Shown here: positions 49,501-55,862 of the stretch, piece by piece
Layout of the letters: every line of letters starts with the position of its first letter
Numbering within the stretch: the first letter of the stretch is position 1
Origin: Ignavibacteria bacterium
GTDB lineage: Bacteria > Bacteroidota > Ignavibacteria > SZUA-365
Reading direction: 5' to 3'
Length of the DNA: 64,000 nt
Assembly: GCA_002869275.1 (NCBI GenBank)
Contig: PKTF01000391.1
Coordinates: 1,630 to 65,629 of the forward strand
Translations under genes and position numbers: made by a program
The notes under the pieces: generated by a model
Databases searched by the model: none
What the model saw: only the letters and a program-made list of their open reading frames with translations
Told to the model about the DNA's origin: nothing

Positions 49501-49631
49501 ACGACGTTCGCACCAATAAGAGGCTCTCCTGTCTCGCGATCTGTAACTTTTCCGGCAATCTTGCCTGTTTGTGCCATTGCGGCTACCGGGAAAAGAATAC
49601 AGAGGATAGCAATCAGGATCCATTTATGCAT
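46557..49631 (-). CDS. TonB-dependent receptor (CarboxypepD_reg + plug + large barrel)
   Basis: 1024 aa. AQTGKIAGKVTDRETGEPLIGANVVIEGT marks the CarboxypepD_reg domain. The plug reads NLPVRGVENIAALQAGTV...VRGSRGDMTGYIVDGVNVND. The C-terminus is ...VRLGLRIDF. Confidence 0.92.
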   Translation of the reverse strand: MHKWILIAILCILFPVAAMAQTGKIAGKVTDRETGEPLIGANVVIEGTDRGAATNINGEYVILNVPIGKVTLVSSYIGYQQITIRDILIKSNETTSTDFRLPSEAFKVGEVEIIAEKPLVDKNVTNSKSTVTQEEIENLPVRGVENIAALQAGTVSQDGDLHVRGSRGDMTGYIVDGVNVNDPVYGGRSLTVINNAIAEVNFQAGGYSAEFGGANGGLISTTTRTGSRKYQFGLEAYTDSWGTPGEENFLGSYNYGLSQYVMTAAGPLVGPVRFFVAGQNTFQRTPAQYRDPMDLANKYDMALRSTAAHAVLAPEEQAKVGIFDPRLGSAAKKVDFTYPGGLIYNNAQEAYALNGNLTIDLNPINIRVGGTYGYSTVRDGDYTVGTTNPVPVDGPVQRGYQVGRTAYFDQTAQQWFYNTGENISYGNQHRALQTESENYSANLKMTHLLSQNTFYEIFVNYFGNFNLAMDPYHQHDLFAYGDSAANSPLGYEFRGDGIGPLPIELFGDQYEVYGSPARGYAYQKDRYSSISAKLNFVHQIGRTHEIKLGGEASQYDVRQFDITPFTLRSFVRNNPDATDGQIAVSSRTNNYGYNEWGIPVDDGANGPKKPVFASVYALDKIELEDLIINVGLRWDFIDTDTKEFVDPNKIKFDEEGLISQKDDNLKDVEASSTFSPRLGFSFPVTDQTVFYAQYGKFVQQSRLRDVYLGSAISANNIRGGYAIQNPVGYGLRPETTIQYDFGFRQQIGENLAFDIGAFYKDIRDQIQQQQIPAASGAQHRAYFAWINGDFATTSGLSLKIDLRRTERIQASIDYTYADARGTGSAPSSAFRALWLSPTETPYLPKYTTSLDFDQTHRGALNIDYRFSNNDGPEIGGMHPFENLGLNMLFTFNSGHPYTLVDENSYDNRRQPVEVLNESRTPWNFQLDARLDKTVTIASLDFNFYVWVVNLLDTRNVTDVFIQSGSASDDGYLSTTTGNQLVQAYEAYGSVYSDLYREYYYQTNVMNAPLYGPPRQVRLGLRIDF

Positions 49632-49755
49632 AATATCCTCCTTCAGAACTTGAGAAAACGTTATCTGTTCGTCATACCTCCAGGATTCGGATTCGCATCA
49701 GGACCGGTCCTTCCATTGTTCCACCAATCCTGCCCTGATGCATGATGCATAATCC

Positions 49756-50487
49756 TTATTTTGGTTCGTCCTGGAGTTTCACAACCTCAAGCGATCCGGA
49801 ATCACCAAAGATGACAAAGGTGTAGCGGTAGCCTGGTGTCTCGAGTGCACTGCTGAACTTGGAATCGAGAAGCACGACCCCACCCGTGCGGGCAGCGTAG
49901 TAATTCTGGCTCTGAGGCATGGCGAGAACGCGATTGTACGCGGAAAGCGAACCTGCGTCAACCGGATTGAGCAGGACTTCGTAGTTCCCCTCGGATACTT
50001 CGTAGGAAATACCAAAGGCTTCGCCGCGACTGTTCAGGTTGAGCACCTTCACGTCACAGCTGTCCTGCAACATGCTGGTTTCGTCTGCATAAGTGAACCG
50101 TTCCTGCGTGCTCATCAGCTGGACATCCTCGGCGGCATTGTAAAACGCCATCGTGATCTGCGTAAGCGAACGCACGCTCACGAGCTGACGAAATACCGCG
50201 TTCGAAGTATCCTGGCCGGCGGGAACGAGGCGCAGGAACCTGTTTCCGGAGTTGACCGAAAGGTACTGGCTGTAGCCCTTGTACCCCACGTTGCTGGCAA
50301 TCTTGTCTGCATCAGCGTAGATGTCCATGGCGCCCGCATTCGGGACGGCATGCACAAAGCGTACGTCCGACGTGATCTGGCCAAGCACAGGCGGGTTCGG
50401 TTCATCAATGCAGCCGGTCAGCGCGACACCGGCCGTAAGAAGCACGATGCCCAGCAACCCGGCTTTCCGTAGCAGCTTTTGTTGCAT
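49756..50487 (-). CDS. DUF4397-domain lipoprotein
   Basis: 243 aa with AGGAGG upstream and lipobox ALTGC. VRFVHAVPNAGAMDIYADADKIASNVGYKGYSQYLSV is the DUF4397 pattern. Confidence 0.75.
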   Translation of the reverse strand: MQQKLLRKAGLLGIVLLTAGVALTGCIDEPNPPVLGQITSDVRFVHAVPNAGAMDIYADADKIASNVGYKGYSQYLSVNSGNRFLRLVPAGQDTSNAVFRQLVSVRSLTQITMAFYNAAEDVQLMSTQERFTYADETSMLQDSCDVKVLNLNSRGEAFGISYEVSEGNYEVLLNPVDAGSLSAYNRVLAMPQSQNYYAARTGGVVLLDSKFSSALETPGYRYTFVIFGDSGSLEVVKLQDEPK

Positions 50488-50518
50488 AGTTCCTCCTGTA
50501 AAGGTTAGGGTAAATAGT

Positions 50519-50547
50519 AGAATAGATGCACGAACTGTCTATGTCAA
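50519..50547 (-). promoter_or_regulatory. Putative sigma70-type promoter of the DUF4397-TonB receptor operon
   Basis: The minus strand reads TTGACA-17 nt-TATTCT, about 30 nt upstream of the ATG. The near-palindrome ATCATTGC-AGAA-GCGATGAT abuts the -35 element. Confidence 0.5.
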
Positions 50548-50896
50548 TCATCGCTTCTGCAATGATAATAGAAAGCAACCGCCATCCCCGATGAAATGAA
50601 ATCCACTGGTAGCTCCACGCAGCGTGTTCTCGAGGGTAAAACACCACGAATATTTGGTAGGTCGCATGTGTCAGTCAGTTGTGGAGAACATAGCACCACA
50701 CCGGCTAAAATGCAACCAGTACGTCCATTGATAGCGCTTCCATTGTTAACGCCAATATTTGTGCTTCCTGAGGAGACCTCATGAATCCCTCAAGGACGAT
50801 TTGCCAGCTTCAATATATGATATTTCCCTCTCAAATACCCAGCGGGGGACAGTGCGGAAGAAGAAAAAATGATCAGCACTTTTCCACCCTCCATAC

Positions 50897-50925
50897 TTGA
50901 CATTTTTCTGCACAGTACCTATTTT
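50897..50925 (+). promoter_or_regulatory. Putative sigma70-type promoter of tRNA-Asn
   Basis: TTGACA-17 nt-TATTTT ends 14 nt before the tRNA 5' end. Confidence 0.55.
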
Positions 50926-50939
50926 TGATATCCACATAT

Positions 50940-51011
50940 TCCTCGGTAGCTCAATGGTAGAGCATGCGGCTGTTAACCGCAGGGTTGTAAGTTCGAGTCT
51001 TACCCGGGGAG
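50940..51011 (+). tRNA. tRNA-Asn (GTT)
   Basis: Manual cloverleaf. The acceptor is TCCTCGG/CCGGGGA and the D arm is GCTC..GAGC. The anticodon arm TGCGG-CTGTTAA-CCGCA carries GTT. The T arm is GTAAG-TTCGAGT-CTTAC. No CCA is encoded. Confidence 0.9.
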
Positions 51012-51072
51012 CAAAAGCGCGGGTTGCACCCGCGTTTTTCATTTCCTCTCATATCGAAACGGTGCTCGTCAC

Positions 51073-51720
51073 GTGCTGCTCCTTCATTCCGTCGAAGCCG
51101 GACCCGTCGCCACCATGGGCTATGTCCTCGCCGACGCACAACGCTCGTCTGCGATCCTCGTCGATGTCCCGCTGGAATCCTCCGCTCAACTGACCGCGCT
51201 CCTGCGTGACCACGACCTCCGCGTCACACAAATCGTGCTGACACACGGACACTTCGACCATGTCGGTGAAGTTGCCTCCCTGGCACGCCGCCTGCAGGTA
51301 CCGGTGTCGATCGGCCGCGAGGATGCCCCGATGCTGGAGGATCCGGGGAGCATGTTCATGAGCATGCCTATCTCTATAGAAGGGATGACGCCGCAGCAGC
51401 TCCTCGACGACGGAGATGTCATCGAGTGCGGGGAACTGCGGCTCGAGGTTCTCCATGTACCCGGCCATACGACCGGACATGTCGCTCTGTACGAACGGCA
51501 ACAGGGGATCCTGTTCTCGGGCGACGTACTCTTCCACAGCAGTATCGGTCGTACCGACCTGCCCGGCGGCGACTACGACACGCTCATGACGAGCATTACC
51601 CGGAAACTCCTCACGCTGCCGGATGAAACAGTGGTCTACCCCGGCCATGGCCCCTCGACCACCATCGCATATGAGCGCAGTCACAATCCATTCATCCTGG
51701 AGTACCTCGAGCATTTCTGA
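51073..51720 (+). CDS. MBL-fold metallo-hydrolase (glyoxalase II-like)
   Basis: 215 aa with a GTG start. It shows LTHGHFDHVG, HVPGHTTGH, GDVLF and YPGHG motifs. Confidence 0.85.
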   Translation: MLLLHSVEAGPVATMGYVLADAQRSSAILVDVPLESSAQLTALLRDHDLRVTQIVLTHGHFDHVGEVASLARRLQVPVSIGREDAPMLEDPGSMFMSMPISIEGMTPQQLLDDGDVIECGELRLEVLHVPGHTTGHVALYERQQGILFSGDVLFHSSIGRTDLPGGDYDTLMTSITRKLLTLPDETVVYPGHGPSTTIAYERSHNPFILEYLEHF

Positions 51721-51835
51721 GTGCTTCCGCGCCGGTGCCACAGGCTTGCGGATTCATGCGCACCGTCGTATATTTCATCTTGCATTTTTTGCAACGAAAG
51801 CACCCGGAAACTCAGTGGCTTTCCGCGCAATTCCC

Positions 51836-51909
<74 letters not shown>

Positions 51910-51950
51910 CAATGAAATAACGAAGCTGTTGAGTAATCCGGAGAAAATCT

Positions 51951-52649
51951 GTGTTAACCGCCAAGAAAAAAATTTCCGTACGTGAAGCTGTCCCGCAGTC
52001 CACTTCCGCCGAACTGTTCTACAAGAGCAAGGAGTGGTTCCAGGCAAACACGAAAATCGTTTACGGTGCCGCACTCGGGATCGCGGCCCTGCTTATCATC
52101 GGCTACCTGTATACGTCCGGCAAAGCCGCCGACGACCTGGCCGCCAACCGCGAGCTGCGCAAGGTGCAAACCCTGTATCAGCAGCAGCAGTACCGCCTGG
52201 CCATCAGTGGTGATCCGAACCAGAACATCATGGGGCTCGAAGAAATCACCGAGAAGTACGGCGGCACGCCCACCGGCGATGTTGCCATGATCTATCTCGG
52301 AAATTCCTATCTCTACTCGGGTGAGCTCGACAAGGCAGCCGGTGTGTTCGACGATGTATCCCCCTCCACCGATATGCTGCAAGCCGCTGCCGTTGCGGGA
52401 CAGGCCGCTGTCGCGGAAGCAAAGGGAGAATTCGCTGACGCTGCATCGCTTTTTGAAGAGGCCGCACGAATGTTCGAAAATGAACTGCTTTCGGGTGACC
52501 GTTATCTCTCCGCCGGACGCTGCTACGGCCTGGCGGGAGACCTTGACGCGGCAAAGGAAATGCTTCTCATCGCCAAGGAAAACAAAACGCAGCGCTTCCA
52601 GCAGGAAGCCGACCGACTCCTGGCTCAGTATAATCTGGATAGCGAATAA
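51951..52649 (+). CDS. TPR-like membrane-anchored protein (YfgM-like)
   Basis: 232 aa with a GTG start 8 nt after GGAG. It has a single TM helix (IVYGAALGIAALLIIGYL) followed by helical-repeat sequence (YLGNSYLYSGELDKAAGVF...). Confidence 0.55.
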   Translation: MLTAKKKISVREAVPQSTSAELFYKSKEWFQANTKIVYGAALGIAALLIIGYLYTSGKAADDLAANRELRKVQTLYQQQQYRLAISGDPNQNIMGLEEITEKYGGTPTGDVAMIYLGNSYLYSGELDKAAGVFDDVSPSTDMLQAAAVAGQAAVAEAKGEFADAASLFEEAARMFENELLSGDRYLSAGRCYGLAGDLDAAKEMLLIAKENKTQRFQQEADRLLAQYNLDSE

Positions 52650-52673
52650 ACGCGCAGTCCGCCTCCGATCTTG

Positions 52674-52701
52674 AAGCCTCCCCCTCCGGGAGGCTTTTTT
52701 T
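52674..52701 (+). terminator. Intrinsic terminator
   Basis: AAGCCTCCC-CCTCC-GGGAGGCTT followed by TTTTT. Confidence 0.85.
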
Positions 52702-52893
52702 ATTCCCGGGGGAGGAATACTTATCGCAGAGAGTTAACCTGTCCACTATTTGAGACAGCCACCCTCCTTCAATGGAACAATCACCGCTCAGCATCCTGCC
52801 TTTCTGCTCATTTCATCCTGAAATAGCCGTTTTCAATCTTGGCACCGCTTTTGCAGCACTGGAAACAAGCACACAGTCAAAGGAGCTGAGAAA

Positions 52894-53706
52894 ATGAGAA
52901 TCCTCTACGCACTACTACTACTACCCCTGTTCTTCCTTTCCGCATGCCACGACGACTGCGAAGAAATCATTCTGATCGACGATTTCGCTCCGCTGCCCCC
53001 GGTTGGCATCGTATCGGTGTCACTCGACAACGCCGTTGAACTTCAGTGGATCGAGAATCAGGAGCCGGACCTCGCCGGCTACAATATCTATGTCAGCGAC
53101 CGCTATAACGGGAGCTATGATTTCATCGGTACCTCGCACACCGCCACCTTTCTCGACCGGGGTGCTGTCAATGGCCTGACGAACTATTACGCGGTCACGG
53201 CATTCGATTTCGACGGCAATGAAAGCGAACTGAGCCGGGATGTCGCGTACGACACTCCGAGACCTGAAGGACGCGGAGTGACGCTCACCGACCGTTTTGT
53301 CAATCCCAACAGAGCCGGATATGACTTTTCCGACTACAGCGTCACCCATTTCGATACGGATTTCACTGATTTCTTTTTCGAAATCGACGGAAACGGAATT
53401 CCCTACCTCGCGGTGTGGGACGATTCAGAAATCCAGGACATGGGCTACACCAGCAGTATCGACGAGATTTCCAGCGCGCCGGCGGCCGGGTGGAATCCCA
53501 CAGGCGACGCACTGATCATTCGCGGACACACCTACGTGCTCCGCACCTTTGACAACCATTTTGCCAAGGTTCGGATCGTCGATATCGCGGGCAGTGCCGT
53601 CACATTTGACTGGGCCTACCAGGTCGCAAAAGGCAACCCGGAACTCGTCGTCGGCCATGGAAACTCCTTAAGCAAGCGCAGCCGTAAAGGCGCGCGGAGG
53701 CACTGA
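52894..53706 (+). CDS. Lipoprotein with a fibronectin type III-like domain
   Basis: AAGGAG lies upstream and the lipobox is FFLSAC. The FN3 pattern is VELQWIENQEPDLAGYNIYVS...YYAVTAFDFDGNES. Confidence 0.7.
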   Translation: MRILYALLLLPLFFLSACHDDCEEIILIDDFAPLPPVGIVSVSLDNAVELQWIENQEPDLAGYNIYVSDRYNGSYDFIGTSHTATFLDRGAVNGLTNYYAVTAFDFDGNESELSRDVAYDTPRPEGRGVTLTDRFVNPNRAGYDFSDYSVTHFDTDFTDFFFEIDGNGIPYLAVWDDSEIQDMGYTSSIDEISSAPAAGWNPTGDALIIRGHTYVLRTFDNHFAKVRIVDIAGSAVTFDWAYQVAKGNPELVVGHGNSLSKRSRKGARRH

Positions 53707-53762
53707 CTCCGCATAACAACACAATCCACGACCACACGCATCTTTTCCACAGGAGGTCGATC

Positions 53763-55283
53763 ATGAAACGCTTAATCCTTGTTCTCGTTGTCAGCCTGGC
53801 ATTTCTGCCGCTGTTGAATACTCCGGCGTTCGGTCGCACCCTTCGTAATCCCGGTCCCGTCGTCAGCAGCGATCGCGGATTGAACATCGATCTCTGGACC
53901 GATCGGGCGCAGGATGAGATATATGATGTGGGCGACAGCCAGGAAATTTATTTCCGGTCGAATGATGATTGCTACGCTACCATATACCATATCGACACGG
54001 ACGGCCATGTCGAAGTGCTGTTCCCGCGCTATCCCGACGACGGTTTCATCTTCGGCGGGATGACCTACCGCCTGCCGGACTACTATGATGCATGGGACCT
54101 GCGGGCTCGGGGCCCTGAAGGTATCGGCTACCTTCACGCCGTGGCTTCGCGCACCCCACGGGCTTTCCGCTACGCGGTACATCAGAATCACTACCACCTC
54201 GATGTCGACCCGATCATGGGAGATCCGTATCTCGCCATCAACACCATCAACGCGGGCCTGATCCCCCGCCGTCATCTCCACGCCGCGGCGACGGTTTCGT
54301 TCTTCGTCGGCAGACACTCGTGGTATCCCCGTTACATGTGCTATGACTGCCACGGCCGCAGTATGCGCTATCATCCGTATCGCGATGCCTGCCCGCGCTA
54401 CAACGTACGGCTCACCAGGAACTACGACTACTGGTGGGGATATGACTACCATCCGGCGTTCGTGCATCTGTCCTTCGGCGGACCGTTCTGGCGCTTCGAA
54501 TTGCGTACTGTTCCCGTGCACCGCCACAAACGCTATCGCTACCTCAACTACGCGTACGGCTACGGGAACTACCATCCCATTCGACCCCTTTCCCGTTCCC
54601 CGCGCGTCGTGAGATATAAGTCTCCGAAGGTAAAAACACGCCGGAGCTATGCACGCAACTACAAACCTGTCAGCTACAGAGATACCCGGATAAGAAGAAC
54701 CGGGAATACCCGGACCCCTGTGCGTCCTCGTACCACCACGACGACGCGTACAACGCGCACGACAACACGTTCTGCTCGAGTACCGGGCACAGCCACGCGC
54801 GACAGGTCCACGACCGGCAGCGGCACCACGCGCTCATCCAGCGTCGGGTCCACGCGCAGCAGATCCACGAACGGCAGCGGCACCACGCGCTCATCCAGCG
54901 TCGGGTCCACGACAAGCAGCCGCAATCTCTCGGCCCCTGGCAGCCGGTCATCGAGTGTTTCGCGCAGCAGCGCCGCTCCGGCGGACGGGACCTCGCAACG
55001 GTCGGTCACCAACAGAAGAACAACCAGCACACGCTCAACGAGAACATCAACCGCACCCTCATCCAGCTCCAGGTCCGCTCGAAAGGCGGTGTCATCCGCA
55101 TCCCGCACTACGCCGCGGAAGTCCACACGGTCCACACCCTCATCATCCTCCTCTCCCCGCGGCAGGACACTGTCTTCGGAACGCTCGAGCAGAGATGAAC
55201 GGAGCACGAGGAATTCCCGGTCTTCCGGGAGTTCCTCGCGCGCCACGCGGTCATCTTCGCGCAGCAGTCGGAAGGACCGCTGA
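53763..55283 (+). CDS. Secreted DUF4384-like protein with a long Arg/Ser/Thr-rich tail
   Basis: 506 aa with AGGAGG upstream and a signal peptide. YFRSNDDCYATIYHIDTDGHVEVLFP is the DUF4384 pattern. From about residue 290 the composition is almost only R, S, T, P, G. Confidence 0.75.
   Translation: MKRLILVLVVSLAFLPLLNTPAFGRTLRNPGPVVSSDRGLNIDLWTDRAQDEIYDVGDSQEIYFRSNDDCYATIYHIDTDGHVEVLFPRYPDDGFIFGGMTYRLPDYYDAWDLRARGPEGIGYLHAVASRTPRAFRYAVHQNHYHLDVDPIMGDPYLAINTINAGLIPRRHLHAAATVSFFVGRHSWYPRYMCYDCHGRSMRYHPYRDACPRYNVRLTRNYDYWWGYDYHPAFVHLSFGGPFWRFELRTVPVHRHKRYRYLNYAYGYGNYHPIRPLSRSPRVVRYKSPKVKTRRSYARNYKPVSYRDTRIRRTGNTRTPVRPRTTTTTRTTRTTTRSARVPGTATRDRSTTGSGTTRSSSVGSTRSRSTNGSGTTRSSSVGSTTSSRNLSAPGSRSSSVSRSSAAPADGTSQRSVTNRRTTSTRSTRTSTAPSSSSRSARKAVSSASRTTPRKSTRSTPSSSSSPRGRTLSSERSSRDERSTRNSRSSGSSSRATRSSSRSSRKDR
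54807..54911 (+). repeat. 57-bp in-frame tandem duplication inside the DUF4384 tail
   Basis: CGGCAGCGGCACCACGCGCTCATCCAGCGTCGGGTCCACG occurs identically at 54815-54854 and 54872-54911. It encodes GSGTTRSSSVGST twice. Confidence 0.95.
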
Positions 55284-55363
55284 ATGATCCGCAATGGTGG
55301 AATATCAGTGACACAGAAAGCACCCGGTTGCATTCCGGGTGCTTTCAAATTATGTTCATACAC

Positions 55364-55843
55364 ATGACAATCCGGAATGTACACATTGCCATCGGCGCGA
55401 TGCTGATCCTGCTGAGCTTCAGCACCGTGCTGCTGCAGACCGAGGACGCCGGGGCCGCAGCCCCTTCCCCGAATCTCAGCGTGGATCAGTCCGAGCGCGA
55501 GGCACGAGAACTTCTGCTCAGTGCCAAGGATGCGCTGTCATCCGGTAACGTGCGCTTTCTCAAGCCGCGTCTCGGCGGCAAGGTGTACCTGAATCTCTTT
55601 ACCGGGATCAACAGCTACTACAGCAGTGCCCAGGCGTTTCTCATTCTGGAATCATTTTTTTCCACCTATACACCGATCAGCTTCTCGTTCAGCAGCAGGA
55701 ACTTCTCCATTCGTAACCCGTACGGCTTTGGCCCGCTGACCTACGAGCGCCGCGGACGCCGCGGCACGGCCGAACTGTTCATCAGCCTGGCGGTGATCGA
55801 CGGGAAATGGGTAATCAATCAGATTACCATCGCATCCCGCTGA
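55364..55843 (+). CDS. DUF4783-like exported protein
   Basis: I chose the start at MTIRNVHIAIGAMLILLSF (signal/anchor); upstream ATGs at 55328 and 55352 are possible. SSAQAFLILESFF...GTAELFISLAVIDGKWVINQITI resembles DUF4783 (an SnoaL-like fold family of Bacteroidota). Confidence 0.55.
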   Translation: MTIRNVHIAIGAMLILLSFSTVLLQTEDAGAAAPSPNLSVDQSEREARELLLSAKDALSSGNVRFLKPRLGGKVYLNLFTGINSYYSSAQAFLILESFFSTYTPISFSFSSRNFSIRNPYGFGPLTYERRGRRGTAELFISLAVIDGKWVINQITIASR

Positions 55844-55862
55844 ACGACTCCCGGAATGCCCC

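Noticed and set aside
54674-55384. 236-aa minus-strand ORF opposite the R/S/T tail of the DUF4384 protein. The minus-strand ORFs 63134-63968 opposite the K/E/R tail are similar.
   Set aside because: Low-complexity repeats keep several frames open. The plus-strand frames are continuous with well-defined N-terminal domains and signal peptides, so the antisense ORFs are not called. The alternative is noted as a caveat in the findings.
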